The notes: generated from the sequence alone by a model not told the origin. Positions 20,123-30,837 are shown, numbered from the stretch's first letter. The stretch: DNA of 64,000 bases from Haemophilus parainfluenzae (GCA_018381885.1 JAGZRA010000011.1:25294-89293); one strand, 5' to 3'. Numbers and translations are program-made.

Positions 20123-22396
20123 ATGAATATTCAGCAAATCATTAAACAATATCACCTAGAGCTCTTATTTCAGCAAGGGTCATTTGGGATTGAAAAGGAA
20201 AGTCAACGGGTGCATGCGGATGGTTCAATTGTGACATCATTGCACCCTAAAGCCTTTGGTAATCGTCGTTTTCACCCTTATATTCAAACTGATTTTGCAG
20301 AAAGTCAGTTGGAATTGGTAACCCCTCCGATGAAAAAATTAGAGGATACATTACGTTGGCTTTCAGCCATTCATGAAGTGACTTTGCGAACTTTACCGGA
20401 GGATGAATTTATTTTTCCTTTTAGTATGCCTGCAGGGTTACCACCAGAAGAGCACATTAAGGTTGCACAATTAGATAATCAGGAAGATGTGGCTTATCGT
20501 GAGCATTTAGTCCAGTCTTACGGTAAATATAAGCAAATGGTCAGTGGTATTCATTACAATTTTCAAATTGACCCTAAGTTTATTGATGCCTTATTTCATG
20601 CACAAAATGAAACACAAAGTGCGGTTGATTTTCAAAATAATTTTTACCTAAAAATAGCGAAGAACTTCTTACGCTATCAATGGATTTTACTTTACTTGTT
20701 TTCTGCAACACCGACGGTAGAGGATAAATATTTCAGAGGCAATTCCCCCCTTAAACCGCATCAATATGTGCGGAGTTTACGTTCAGGGAAATATGGTTAT
20801 GTGAATGATCCGAAGATCCACGTCTCTTATGACAGTTTGCAAGAGTATGTTGAGACGTTAGAACACTGGGTGAAATCGGGTGATTTGATTGCGGAAAAAG
20901 AGTTTTACTCAAGCGTACGTTTGCGTGGCGCTAAAAAAGCGCGCGATTTACTTGAAAAAGGAATTCAATATTTAGAATTTCGTTTGTTTGATCTCAATCC
21001 GTTTGCACCTTATGGAATGGAACTTGCAGATGCGAAATTCATTCATTATTTTATTTTGTTAATGGCATGGCTTGACGATACCGCTGATCAAGAGGGCATA
21101 AAATTAGGAAAAACACGTCTTGCTGAAGTGGCATGGGAAGACCCAAGACAGCAAAGCGTTTATGCGGTAGAAGGCGAATTAGTCCTCCTTGAAATGCTCA
21201 AAATGCTTGAGCAACTTAATGTGAGTGATGAGATTAAAACGATTGTTAAAGACAAATTAGGACAATTTGCGGATCCAAGCCAAACGCTTTGTGCAAAAGT
21301 GGTTGCGGCAATTGAACAGGTCGGCAGTTACCAACAATTAGGGGCCGATATTGCGCAATCTAATAAAGCAAAAGCCTTTGAACGTTTTTATGCATTAACT
21401 GCGTTTGATAATATGGAACTGTCCACACAAGCGTTATTGTTTGATGCAATCCAAAAAGGGCTAAAGATTGAGATTTTAGATGAACGCGATCAATTTATCA
21501 GTCTTCAATTTGGCGATCATTTGGAATATGTGAAAAACGGTAATATGACTTCTCACGATAGCTATATTTCCCCGCTCATTATGGAAAATAAAGTGGTGAC
21601 GAAGAAAGTCTTAGCTAAAGCAGGATTCAATGTACCGCAAAGCATCGAGTTTACCGATGTGAAAAGTGCGGTCGAAAATTTCCCACTTTTTGAGAATCGA
21701 GCTGTCGTGATTAAGCCAAAATCAACGAATTTTGGTTTAGGGATCAGTATTTTCCAACAAGGTGTAACGGATAGAGATGATTTTGCAAAAGCAGTAGAGA
21801 TTGCTTTCCGTGAAGATAAAGAGATCATGGTTGAAGATTATCTACTTGGCACTGAATATCGCTTCTTTGTGCTGGGGGATCAAACGTTAGCCGTCTTATT
21901 ACGTGTTCCAGCAAATGTAATTGGAGATGGTGTACATACTGTTGCTGAATTAGTTGCCGCTAAAAATGATCATCCTTTACGGGGCGATGGCAGTCGTACG
22001 CCATTGAAAAAAATAGCATTGGGGGATATTGAGCAGTTGCAGCTTAAGGAGCAAGGATTAACCGTGAATTCTATTCCTGCAAAAGATCAACTTGTTCAAT
22101 TACGTGCGAATTCTAATATTAGTACAGGCGGTGATTCTATTGATATGACGGATGAAATGCATGCCAGTTACAAAGAAATTGCAGTAGGGATTAGCAAGGC
22201 AATGGGGGCGGCAGTTTGTGGTGTAGATTTAATTATTCCTGATTTGAAACAGCCGGCAGAACCGAGTTTACATTCGTGGGGTGTGATTGAGGCAAACTTT
22301 AATCCTATGATGATGATGCATATTTTCCCATTTAGTGGACAATCTCGACGATTGACAATGAATGTGATTAAGATGCTTTTCCCTGAATTGCCTTAA
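20123..22396 (+). CDS. gshF: bifunctional glutamate-cysteine ligase / glutathione synthetase
   Basis: 757 aa; N-terminal GshA-like domain and C-terminal ATP-grasp domain; same length as Pasteurella GshF. Confidence 0.8.
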   Translation: MNIQQIIKQYHLELLFQQGSFGIEKESQRVHADGSIVTSLHPKAFGNRRFHPYIQTDFAESQLELVTPPMKKLEDTLRWLSAIHEVTLRTLPEDEFIFPFSMPAGLPPEEHIKVAQLDNQEDVAYREHLVQSYGKYKQMVSGIHYNFQIDPKFIDALFHAQNETQSAVDFQNNFYLKIAKNFLRYQWILLYLFSATPTVEDKYFRGNSPLKPHQYVRSLRSGKYGYVNDPKIHVSYDSLQEYVETLEHWVKSGDLIAEKEFYSSVRLRGAKKARDLLEKGIQYLEFRLFDLNPFAPYGMELADAKFIHYFILLMAWLDDTADQEGIKLGKTRLAEVAWEDPRQQSVYAVEGELVLLEMLKMLEQLNVSDEIKTIVKDKLGQFADPSQTLCAKVVAAIEQVGSYQQLGADIAQSNKAKAFERFYALTAFDNMELSTQALLFDAIQKGLKIEILDERDQFISLQFGDHLEYVKNGNMTSHDSYISPLIMENKVVTKKVLAKAGFNVPQSIEFTDVKSAVENFPLFENRAVVIKPKSTNFGLGISIFQQGVTDRDDFAKAVEIAFREDKEIMVEDYLLGTEYRFFVLGDQTLAVLLRVPANVIGDGVHTVAELVAAKNDHPLRGDGSRTPLKKIALGDIEQLQLKEQGLTVNSIPAKDQLVQLRANSNISTGGDSIDMTDEMHASYKEIAVGISKAMGAAVCGVDLIIPDLKQPAEPSLHSWGVIEANFNPMMMMHIFPFSGQSRRLTMNVIKMLFPELP

Positions 22397-22406
22397 TTTA
22401 GTTATC

Positions 22407-22440
22407 GGGCTTCATCAGTTGGTGAAGCCCGTTTTACATT
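22407..22440 (+). terminator. Rho-independent terminator of gshF
   Basis: cgggcttca-tcagttgg-tgaagcccg then tttt. Confidence 0.65.
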
Positions 22441-22494
22441 CATCGTAATTAGGCTAAAATGGAAACAGTATTCACAATTCTAAAATGAAATTTA

Positions 22495-23583
22495 ATGACA
22501 ACTTTTACCTTAGAACCTCAAGAAAATGATCGTCTGCAATCCCTTTGCGGTGCATTCGATGAAAATATCAAACTGATTGAAAAAGAATTTAACCTCAATA
22601 TTTCCCGCAATAATTTTACTTTCACGGTGAAATCTAACGATGAAAGTCCGAAACCTCATCATGAGCAATTAATTGAGCGTGCGGCTAAATTAATCCAGGC
22701 ATTATATGTAGAGACAGCACCAATTAAGGGGAAAGTGAAAGAACTTGATTTGGAAGATGTGCATATTGCCTTGCAAGAGAGCAGAATGTTATTGCAAGAA
22801 GGCAGTGAGTCACGCAGTGAAAATCACGTCTATAGCACCACAATTAAAACCAAGCGAGGTTTGATTAAACCGCGTGGTGAAAATCAAATTCAGTATTTAC
22901 ATAATATTCTTACGCACGATATTAGTTTTGGGATTGGCCCCGCTGGCACAGGGAAAACCTTTTTAGCCGTAGCGGCTGCTGTTGAGGCATTAGAGCGCCA
23001 AGAAATTCGTCGCATTTTGCTGACTCGTCCTGCGGTGGAAGCGGGCGAAAAATTAGGTTTCCTGCCGGGTGATTTAGGCCAAAAAATTGAACCTTATTTA
23101 CGACCACTTTATGATGCGTTATTTGAAATGCTTGGCTTTGAACGTGTACAAAAATTAATGGAGCGTAATGTGATTGAAATCGCACCATTGGCTTATATGC
23201 GTGGTCGCACACTCAATGACAGCTTTATTATTCTAGATGAAAGCCAAAATACAACAGTTGAACAAATGAAAATGTTTTTGACTCGTATTGGTTTTAATTC
23301 CAAAGCCGTGATTACAGGGGATGTGACTCAAATCGATTTACCGCGAAGCACAAAATCGGGTTTACGCCACGCTATGGAAGTATTAAGCAAAGTGTCGGAA
23401 TTGAGCTTTAACTACTTTGAGAGTAAAGATATTGTACGACATCCTGTGGTGGCAAAAGTGGTACAAGCTTACGAAGAATGGGAAGCTCAAGATGAAATTC
23501 GTCGCCAAGAAATCGCAGCGCAGCGTCGAGCTGAACGTGAACAAAAAGTGCGGTCAGAAAATGAAACGAATTTAGGAGAATAA
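22495..23583 (+). CDS. ybeZ: PhoH-like ATPase YbeZ
   Basis: 362 aa; Walker A GPAGTGKT, Walker B IILDESQN; the ybeZ-ybeY order is conserved. Confidence 0.85.
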   Translation: MTTFTLEPQENDRLQSLCGAFDENIKLIEKEFNLNISRNNFTFTVKSNDESPKPHHEQLIERAAKLIQALYVETAPIKGKVKELDLEDVHIALQESRMLLQEGSESRSENHVYSTTIKTKRGLIKPRGENQIQYLHNILTHDISFGIGPAGTGKTFLAVAAAVEALERQEIRRILLTRPAVEAGEKLGFLPGDLGQKIEPYLRPLYDALFEMLGFERVQKLMERNVIEIAPLAYMRGRTLNDSFIILDESQNTTVEQMKMFLTRIGFNSKAVITGDVTQIDLPRSTKSGLRHAMEVLSKVSELSFNYFESKDIVRHPVVAKVVQAYEEWEAQDEIRRQEIAAQRRAEREQKVRSENETNLGE

Positions 23584-23584
23584 C

Positions 23585-24049
23585 ATGGGCAATATGATTA
23601 TCGATTTGCAACTGGCCTGTGAAAATACAGAAGGCTTGCCATCAGAAGCGCAAATTCTGCAATGGGCAACCGCTGCAGTTCAACCAGAAAGTGATAATGT
23701 TGAAATGACAGTACGTATTGTGGATGAAGCGGAAAGTCATGACTTGAATTTGACTTATCGTGGTAAAGATCGTCCAACCAATGTATTGTCTTTCCCTTTT
23801 GAATGTCCTGACGAAGTGGAATTACCGCTGTTGGGCGATTTGGTGATTTGCCGTCAGGTAGTAGAGCGTGAAGCTATCGAGCAAGAAAAGCCTTTAATGG
23901 CACATTGGGCGCATATGATTGTACATGGTAGCTTACATTTACTGGGTTACGATCACATTGAAGATGATGAAGCCGAAGAAATGGAAAGTTTAGAAACTGA
24001 AATTATGCAGGGTTTGGGCTTTGCCGATCCTTACCTTTCCGAAAAATAA
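23585..24049 (+). CDS. ybeY: endoribonuclease YbeY (16S rRNA maturation)
   Basis: 154 aa; HxxxHxxGxxH zinc motif ([11 protein letters not shown]). Confidence 0.9.
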   Translation: MGNMIIDLQLACENTEGLPSEAQILQWATAAVQPESDNVEMTVRIVDEAESHDLNLTYRGKDRPTNVLSFPFECPDEVELPLLGDLVICRQVVEREAIEQEKPLMAHWAHMIVHGSLHLLGYDHIEDDEAEEMESLETEIMQGLGFADPYLSEK

Positions 24050-24067
24050 TGACGATTTGGAGCAATT

Positions 24068-24853
24068 ATGTATAAAGCCGTATTCAGCGATTTTGATGGT
24101 ACTTTATTAACGTCGGATCATCGAATTTCGCCTAAAACCTTAGATGCAATTCAACGCATTACAAAACAAGGTATTCCATTTACACCAATCTCTGCTCGTT
24201 CGCCGCTGGGTATTTGGCCTTATGCGAAACTCATTGAAAATTACAATATCATTGTGGCATTCAGTGGTGCTTTGATTTTAGATAAAAACGCCACGCCTAT
24301 TTATTCAGTACAAATTGATCCCGCTGATATTCAAGCCATTAATCAAGTATTAGTAGACCATCCTGCGTTGGGTGTGAATTATTATACTTATGATGATTGC
24401 GTTGCTCGAGATTTAGATAATAAATGGGTGATTTATGAACGTAGCGTAACTGGTATTCAGATTGATCCTTATGATGAAAGTGCGGTCTATTCTCCGCATA
24501 AAATTCAAATCATTGGTGAAACGGATGAAGTGATTGGTATCGAGCAAATTTTGAAAGAGAAATTTCCGCATTTAAGCATTTGCCGTTCTCATGCGAATTT
24601 CCTTGAAGTGATGCATAAATCCGCGACAAAAGGTAATGCAGTACGTTTTCTCGAAGATTACTTCCATGTGAAGATGGAAGAATGTGTTGCTTTCGGCGAT
24701 AACTTTAATGATTTAGATATGTTAGAAAGCGTGGGATTAGGCGTAGCAATGGGCAATGCACCGGATGAGATTAAACAGGCTGCCAATCGAGTCACTGCTT
24801 CACATAATGATGATGGGATTGCATTGATATTGAATGAGATTTTCCCTGAGTAA
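24068..24853 (+). CDS. Cof-type HAD-IIB family phosphatase
   Basis: 261 aa; DFDGTLL at the N-terminus; GDNFNDLDML near the C-terminus. Confidence 0.75.
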   Translation: MYKAVFSDFDGTLLTSDHRISPKTLDAIQRITKQGIPFTPISARSPLGIWPYAKLIENYNIIVAFSGALILDKNATPIYSVQIDPADIQAINQVLVDHPALGVNYYTYDDCVARDLDNKWVIYERSVTGIQIDPYDESAVYSPHKIQIIGETDEVIGIEQILKEKFPHLSICRSHANFLEVMHKSATKGNAVRFLEDYFHVKMEECVAFGDNFNDLDMLESVGLGVAMGNAPDEIKQAANRVTASHNDDGIALILNEIFPE

Positions 24854-24858
24854 ATAAA

Positions 24859-24900
24859 AAGGCGCTTTCTAGTTAAAAGAACGCGCCTTATTTTTATTTT
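24859..24900. terminator. bidirectional terminator (cof-like / hisC)
   Basis: aaggcgc-N17-gcgcctt followed by a T-run. Confidence 0.5.
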
Positions 24901-25997
24901 CCTAAATTCAGCACTTTAACGAGTGCAGTAAAAAATTTGTCATTTTCTTGTGGTAAGCCAATACTGATACGTAAGTGATTTGGCATGCCATAACCTGCAA
25001 TTGGGCGTACAATCACGCCTTCACGCAATAATGCATCATAAATTGGTGCAGCAGGCTGTTTAAAATCAATGGTAATAAAGTTACCTTTAGACGGAATAAA
25101 GTCTAGGCCATATTGTTGACAGAAGGCTTCATAACGTTTCATTTCTTGGCGATTATTCTCCGCCACTTTTTCCACAAAGGCATCATCATTCATCACTGCA
25201 ATTGCACTGGTCAAAGCAAGACTATTACAGTTAAATGGCTGACGAACACGATTTAATAAATCTGCAATTTCAGGATTAGAGACCGCGTAGCCAATGCGTA
25301 AACCCGCAAGTCCATAAGCTTTTGATAGGGATCGAGAAACGATAAGGTTTGGGTATTTTTCCAGTAACGCAAAAGAATTAACCCGTTCACTAGGATGGGT
25401 AAATTCAGTATAAGCTTCATCTAATACCACAATTACGTTTTCAGGTACTTTGGCCAAGAAGGCATCCAATTCAGCTTCTGTTAAGAAATTCCCGGTCGGG
25501 TTGTTTGGATTGGCAATAAAAATCAGCTTGGTTTTATCTGAAAGTGCGGTCAAAAATCCGTTTAAATCATGTCCCCAATTCTTAGCGGGAATTTCTTTTG
25601 CGACAGCATTAATAGCTTTCGTCACTAAAGGGTAAACAATAAAAGCATATTGTGAATAAATCACTTCATCATACTCACCCGCAAAGGTATGAGCAAAGAG
25701 CTCTAATAAATCGTTAGAACCATTGCCAAGGGTGATTTGGTTTGGTTGCACACCAAATTTTTTCGCAATAGCTGCTTTAAGTTCAAAACCATTCGCATCA
25801 GGGTAGCGAGTTAAATGATCCAGTTGGGCTTGAATGGCTTTTTTCGCACTTTCAGGAAAACCGAAAGGGTTTTCATTTGAGGCAAGTTTAACGATATTAG
25901 TAATGCCTAGTTTGCGTTCGAGTTCTTCGATTGGTTTTCCAGCTTGGTAAGGTGAAAGAGATTTTACGCCTTGATTGGCGACGTTGATATATTGCAT
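24894..25997 (-). CDS. hisC: histidinol-phosphate aminotransferase
   Basis: 367 aa; class-II aminotransferase; KLASNENPFG and VSRSLSKAYGLAGLRIGY (PLP lysine). Confidence 0.85.
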   Translation of the reverse strand: MQYINVANQGVKSLSPYQAGKPIEELERKLGITNIVKLASNENPFGFPESAKKAIQAQLDHLTRYPDANGFELKAAIAKKFGVQPNQITLGNGSNDLLELFAHTFAGEYDEVIYSQYAFIVYPLVTKAINAVAKEIPAKNWGHDLNGFLTALSDKTKLIFIANPNNPTGNFLTEAELDAFLAKVPENVIVVLDEAYTEFTHPSERVNSFALLEKYPNLIVSRSLSKAYGLAGLRIGYAVSNPEIADLLNRVRQPFNCNSLALTSAIAVMNDDAFVEKVAENNRQEMKRYEAFCQQYGLDFIPSKGNFITIDFKQPAAPIYDALLREGVIVRPIAGYGMPNHLRISIGLPQENDKFFTALVKVLNLGK

Positions 25998-26018
25998 ATG
26001 CTTTCCTTATAAAAACGA

Positions 26019-26036
26019 GCGGGCCTTTCAGCCCGC
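26019..26036 (-). terminator. hairpin downstream of serC
   Basis: gcgggc-tgaaag-gcccgc then T-rich sequence on the minus strand. Confidence 0.45.
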
Positions 26037-26061
26037 ACGTTGAGTTTAATGAATCAGATAA

Positions 26062-27144
26062 TTAGCTATTTTCAGCTTCAAATTTTTTCATGAATTCAAT
26101 AAGCGCTTGTACACCTTCTAATGGCATCGCGTTATAGATAGAGGCGCGCATACCACCTAGCACTTTGTGACCTTTTAAGGCTTGAAGACCTGCAGCTGTA
26201 GATTCTGCGACAAATTTAGCATCAAGCTCAGGGTTACCGGTTACGAATGTCACATTCATGGTTGAACGGTTTTCTTTAGCCACTACGTTACGATAGAGTT
26301 TGCTGCTATCAATGTAGTCATAAAGGGTTTGTGCTTTCACGGCGTTACGTTTTGCAATTTCTTTTAAGCCACCAATCGCTTGAATGTGTTTGAAGACCAA
26401 TGAACAGAGATACCAAGCAAATGTTGGTGGGGTATTGATCATGGAGTCAGCATCACGTTGTGTGGCGTAATTCCAAATAGATGGGGTTGCTTGGCGTGCA
26501 TGACCAATTAAATCATCGCGAATAATGACGAGTGTAATCCCTGCAGGACCAAGATTTTTTTGTGCACCCGCATAAATAACACCAAATTTGCTAATATCAA
26601 TTTCACGAGAGAGAACATTAGATGACATATCTGCCACGAGAACAGCATTGCCAACATTTGGTACATCAAAAATTTCAACACCACTGATGGTTTCATTTGG
26701 GCAATAGTGAACGTAATCGTATTGTTCAGCGATGTCGCTGAAATCAAGATTGGTGATGTGTGTGTGATCACCATTTTCCACAATGGTAATTTCATCAATT
26801 TCAGCAAAGTTACGCGCTTCTTTAGCCGCAGTTGCAGACCAGTGACCGCTATTTAAGTAAAGCGCTTTGCCTTTCTCACCGATTAAGTTCATCGGTAATG
26901 CCGCAAATTGACCACGAGCCCCACCTTGTAGGAATAACACACGATAGTTATCTGGAATGTGATAGACCTCACGTAGATCTTTTTCTGCTTGAGTAATCAA
27001 TTCCATAAAATATTTGCCACGGTGGCTGACTTCCATCACAGACACACCTTGACCAAGCCAGTTAGTTAGCTCAGATTGTGCTTTGTGTAGTACCTCAGGG
27101 AAAATCATGGCTGGACCAGCACTAAAATTAAAGACTTTTGACAT
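26062..27144 (-). CDS. serC: phosphoserine aminotransferase
   Basis: 360 aa; MSKVFNFSAGPAM...; class-V aminotransferase. Confidence 0.9.
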   Translation of the reverse strand: MSKVFNFSAGPAMIFPEVLHKAQSELTNWLGQGVSVMEVSHRGKYFMELITQAEKDLREVYHIPDNYRVLFLQGGARGQFAALPMNLIGEKGKALYLNSGHWSATAAKEARNFAEIDEITIVENGDHTHITNLDFSDIAEQYDYVHYCPNETISGVEIFDVPNVGNAVLVADMSSNVLSREIDISKFGVIYAGAQKNLGPAGITLVIIRDDLIGHARQATPSIWNYATQRDADSMINTPPTFAWYLCSLVFKHIQAIGGLKEIAKRNAVKAQTLYDYIDSSKLYRNVVAKENRSTMNVTFVTGNPELDAKFVAESTAAGLQALKGHKVLGGMRASIYNAMPLEGVQALIEFMKKFEAENS

Positions 27145-27322
27145 TGTGTTTCCTTATTTTATTTTGAATAGATTCTTCATTTTTACCACTACCGAATAGG
27201 ATAATCAACTAAATCAAACAGTTTTTTGATCTAATCCATTAATTTAAATTTAAGCTTTTGACGGGGACGAAAAAAAAAGCTACATTACCAGAAGTTTATT
27301 TTTAACTTTGAGAGAGTCGATC

Positions 27323-27673
27323 ATGGGAAATGTAAATAAATCCTTCCAAGAAGTATTAGAGTATGTGCGTTTATATCGTTTAAAAAATAAACTTAAGCGT
27401 GACATTGAAGACAACAACCGTAAAATTCGTGATAACCAAAAACGTGTCTTATTATTAGATAACTTAAATCAATATATCCGTGACGATATGAGCATTGAAG
27501 ATGTTCGTGCAATTATCGAAAATATGCGTGATGACTATGAAGGCCGTGTAGATGATTACAACATTCGCAATGCGGAACTTTCTACTCAACGCCGTGAAAC
27601 GAGCAATAAGATGAAAGAACAGAAAAAAGCACACGCGAAATTAGTGCAAGACGCGAATAAAATCACGTTATAA
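27323..27673 (+). CDS. yeeX: DUF496 family protein YeeX (UPF0265)
   Basis: [41 protein letters not shown]...[10 protein letters not shown] matches E. coli YeeX as recalled; start set at ATG 27323. Confidence 0.7.
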   Translation: MGNVNKSFQEVLEYVRLYRLKNKLKRDIEDNNRKIRDNQKRVLLLDNLNQYIRDDMSIEDVRAIIENMRDDYEGRVDDYNIRNAELSTQRRETSNKMKEQKKAHAKLVQDANKITL

Positions 27674-27687
27674 AATCTTAAAAGAAA

Positions 27688-27722
27688 TGACCGCACTTTG
27701 TTGAAGTGCGGTCATTTTTTAT
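27688..27722. terminator. USS inverted-pair terminator (bidirectional)
   Basis: atgaccgcactt-tgtt-gaagtgcggtcat then tttttt. Confidence 0.75.
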
Positions 27723-27749
27723 GGTGTTTTTAGGATGAACTATAAATGA

Positions 27750-28247
27750 TTAAACATCATAAGTGCCCATCACCACAGCTTGATCTAAAATATGCCCTTG
27801 CATCGCAAAATGTAGATCATTAAAACGGAATCCCGGTTTCAGGTTAAGTTTGGTATCGAGCGCATATACAATAAGCTCGTAACGATGCAAGCAGTTTGGT
27901 GGTGCCATACCACCATAGAATGAGGCTTCTTCGATATCAAATTGACCTAATTTACTCGCCCAAGTATTTGCACCTTGTACATAATCTGTTGCGGTTTGGC
28001 TTTCATTTTCTTGGATAACGGTACGTTCAAGATCCGCAATGAGCCAATGAATCCACACAAAGCCACTTGCTGTAATCGCGTCTTTATCTTCTAAGACAAC
28101 CGCAAAGGATTTAGTGCCTTGAGGGGCATCGTGAATTTCAAATGGAATAGAGCAGGTCGGCATACCATTTGGGCTAAATTGTGTGCCGCGTTTGCCATAT
28201 TTGTCTTCAAAAGCACCATTTTGAATGGCTGAACTGGTTACAAACAT
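27750..28247 (-). CDS. YbhB/YbcL (PEBP/RKIP) family protein
   Basis: 165 aa; the PEBP-family call rests on my recollection of the FVWIHWL/ADL region. Confidence 0.7.
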   Translation of the reverse strand: MFVTSSAIQNGAFEDKYGKRGTQFSPNGMPTCSIPFEIHDAPQGTKSFAVVLEDKDAITASGFVWIHWLIADLERTVIQENESQTATDYVQGANTWASKLGQFDIEEASFYGGMAPPNCLHRYELIVYALDTKLNLKPGFRFNDLHFAMQGHILDQAVVMGTYDV

Positions 28248-28257
28248 TGTTTTCTCC

Positions 28258-29250
28258 TTAATTTCTCACGGAATACACTTTAAATTTGGTGGTTTGAGCA
28301 AGTACATCAAACTTACCGAAATGTTGCGCTAATAAATCGGGATAAGGCAGAAATGCATTAGCAACAATACGAAGTTCGCCACCTGCCGTCAAATGCCATT
28401 TTGCTTGTTGAATAAGTTCTTTCACCGCACGATAAGCGGTGTCGATTCCATCGTGGAAAGGCGGGTTTGAAATAATCAGATCAAATTTTCCTTCAATATG
28501 GGAAAACACATCACTTGCGATAACCTGACCTTCAAGCTGGTTTTCAGCAAGTGTTTGACGGGCAGATTGAATTGCCATCGCATGAATATCTGTCATGGTC
28601 ACATCTGCTTTAGGATGATGTTTTTTGATCATGGAACCTATGACGCCCGCACCACAACCAACGTCTAACACTTTGCCTTGAATTGGTGACGTTAAAGTAG
28701 AAAGTAGAAGTGATGTGCCACTATCAAGTTCATTGGCACTGAATACCCCCGGCAAGCTGTAAATACGGAGATCGCCTAATGCATCATTTTGGTAGCATTT
28801 CCAATAAGATTGAAGATCAAAGTGCGGTTGTTTTTGTAAGGAAAAATGATATAAACCGCAACGACGCGCTGAGTCAATTTTGCCAATTTCACCATAAGGT
28901 TCAAGTAGTTTTTCAGCTGAACGGACACCGCAACGATTTTCACCGATAATCAACACTTCTTGACCAATTTTACTTTTGGCAAGTAGTTGCATCAGCTGAA
29001 AATTCACTTCTTGTTTATTCTTCGTCCAATAATAAATAATCAAATCGGCTTGCGGTTGAAATTCAACCTCAAAATTGACTGCACTTTGGGTTTTAGCATA
29101 ATCAAAATACCAGCTCCAAATCTGCACGGATTGACAATGTTTTTTCAATATTTGAGGAAAATCATCATTAATGCCGCCGGCAAGAAGAATTGATTTACCG
29201 TTAAAAAGGGGAAGATGGCGTTGTAAAACTTCGCTTTCGAGAGAAATCAC
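28258..29250 (-). CDS. rsmC: 16S rRNA (guanine1207-N2)-methyltransferase
   Basis: 330 aa; SAM site VLDVGCGAGVIG and NPPFH motif; GTG start with an AGGA SD. Confidence 0.8.
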   Translation of the reverse strand: MISLESEVLQRHLPLFNGKSILLAGGINDDFPQILKKHCQSVQIWSWYFDYAKTQSAVNFEVEFQPQADLIIYYWTKNKQEVNFQLMQLLAKSKIGQEVLIIGENRCGVRSAEKLLEPYGEIGKIDSARRCGLYHFSLQKQPHFDLQSYWKCYQNDALGDLRIYSLPGVFSANELDSGTSLLLSTLTSPIQGKVLDVGCGAGVIGSMIKKHHPKADVTMTDIHAMAIQSARQTLAENQLEGQVIASDVFSHIEGKFDLIISNPPFHDGIDTAYRAVKELIQQAKWHLTAGGELRIVANAFLPYPDLLAQHFGKFDVLAQTTKFKVYSVRN

Positions 29251-29337
29251 GCTTTAAATCCTGTAGTTTATTGGTTAAAATTACGCGTTATTTTAACAAA
29301 AGATAACGATTTAGACGTATTTATTAAGGAATTATTT

Positions 29338-29928
29338 ATGAAAAAAATCATCACTGCAGTGGCAATGGCAAGTTTATTGTCCGGCTGTCAATTAATCGAA
29401 CAAATTCAAGGTAGCAAACAACAATCCTCAACCTTACCAACTAGCTCAACAGTTGAATTACCTGCGGCACAAGCACAAAGCTTAGATGCACAGTTTGAGC
29501 GTATCAAAAAAGGTAACCAAGAAGTCACTTTCAACGGCGAAAAATTCTATAAACAAACGAAAGCTTTTGATAAATCAGAAGATCCACGTTTCTTAAGTGG
29601 CGCGGCCAATGTAGATCGTAGCAATCGCAAATTCATTATGAGTGAAACCTATTATCTAAAAGATGTTTCACATGTTCCTGCATTAACGACAAAATATCTT
29701 GATGCAAACAAAAAAGTATGTGAGTTAAAAACAATTGGTAGCGCTTCAGATGTTTACTATGCTTGTGATGGTAAAGATTTCCAACGTTTTATCGCGGTAA
29801 TTTATCAAGCGAAAAATATTATTTCTTTCCGTAGCTTAAAAGCATATCAAGAAAAACCAACCGAAGACCAAGAACAAGCAATTGTTAAAGGTTTAAGAGA
29901 TTATCCGTTAGATACTATCGCTCGTTAA
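29338..29928 (+). CDS. lipoprotein of unknown function
   Basis: 196 aa; lipobox LLSGC at the end of the signal peptide; no recognisable domain. Confidence 0.6.
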   Translation: MKKIITAVAMASLLSGCQLIEQIQGSKQQSSTLPTSSTVELPAAQAQSLDAQFERIKKGNQEVTFNGEKFYKQTKAFDKSEDPRFLSGAANVDRSNRKFIMSETYYLKDVSHVPALTTKYLDANKKVCELKTIGSASDVYYACDGKDFQRFIAVIYQAKNIISFRSLKAYQEKPTEDQEQAIVKGLRDYPLDTIAR

Positions 29929-29931
29929 TCT

Positions 29932-30336
29932 ATGGATAGACGCAATCTTCTTTTAAATGAAATGGGGATAACCCGTTGGCAGCTCCATCGTCCAGAAGTA
30001 TTACAAGGGGCGGTCGGTGTGAGTGTTTCTGAACAAGTGAAATTTATTGTGGTGGCAAAAGATAATGTATCTAACTCCCCACTTTTTTCAGATGTTCGAC
30101 TCGCACTTGAGTTAAACAAAGAAGATTGCCTTTGCCTGAATTTCGATCAAATTCAACATATCACATTACAACATTCGGTGCGGTATTGGTTATTGGCTGA
30201 AAATGCAGATGAAATCGACCGCACTTTGCCTTATTGCTTAAATGCAGAGCGTGTTTATCTCTCTGTTGATTGGCAACAATTCCAGCAAGACAGCCAAGCT
30301 AAGCGTGAACTTTGGCAACAAATCCAACAAATTTAA
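29932..30336 (+). CDS. holD: DNA polymerase III subunit psi
   Basis: 134 aa; MDRRNLLLNEMGITRWQL...; the holD-rimI arrangement is conserved. Confidence 0.8.
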   Translation: MDRRNLLLNEMGITRWQLHRPEVLQGAVGVSVSEQVKFIVVAKDNVSNSPLFSDVRLALELNKEDCLCLNFDQIQHITLQHSVRYWLLAENADEIDRTLPYCLNAERVYLSVDWQQFQQDSQAKRELWQQIQQI

Positions 30337-30341
30337 TCATT

Positions 30342-30782
30342 ATGCCTTCTCTTTTTTCTATTGAAGAATGCGATATGGATCGCTTATATGAAATTGAACA
30401 AGCAGCACACCTTGTGCCTTGGTCATTGGGAACATTGAAAAATAATGTCGGCGAGCGTTATCTCAATTTGAAATTAGTGGAAAAGGAGCAAGTGCTGGGT
30501 TTTGCTATTTGCCAAATGGTATTAGATGAAGCCACATTATTTAATATTGCGATTGACCCAGCTAAACAAGGAAAGGGCTACGGTTTGTTTTTATTGCAAG
30601 GTTTAATGGATAAGCTTAAAGAGAAAGGTATTCAAACGCTTTGGCTTGAAGTGCGTGAATCGAATCCTGCTCGATTCCTTTATGAAAAGTTGGGATTTAA
30701 TGAGGTTGATATTCGTAAGAATTATTATCCCAAACCAGATGGTGGACGAGAAAATGCTGTCGTGATGGCATGTTATCTCTAG
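30342..30782 (+). CDS. rimI: ribosomal-protein-alanine N-acetyltransferase
   Basis: GNAT fold; ERYLNLKL...LDEATLFNIAIDP...LWLEVRESNPARFLYEKLGF parallels E. coli RimI; start chosen at ATG 30342. Confidence 0.8.
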   Translation: MPSLFSIEECDMDRLYEIEQAAHLVPWSLGTLKNNVGERYLNLKLVEKEQVLGFAICQMVLDEATLFNIAIDPAKQGKGYGLFLLQGLMDKLKEKGIQTLWLEVRESNPARFLYEKLGFNEVDIRKNYYPKPDGGRENAVVMACYL

Positions 30783-30787
30783 AATGA

Positions 30788-30818
30788 AAAAGTGCGGTCA
30801 ATTTTGACCGCACTTTGT
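30788..30818. terminator. USS inverted-pair terminator (rimI/fdhE)
   Basis: aaaagtgcggtcaattttgaccgcactttg. Confidence 0.7.
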
Positions 30819-30837
30819 TTATCTAAAAAGTAAGACA

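Noticed and set aside
30312-30341. A holD/rimI overlap suggested by the ORF-track TTG start at 30312
   Set aside because: An in-frame ATG at 30342, directly after the holD stop, gives an N-terminus that aligns with E. coli RimI. The TTG extension is probably not translated.
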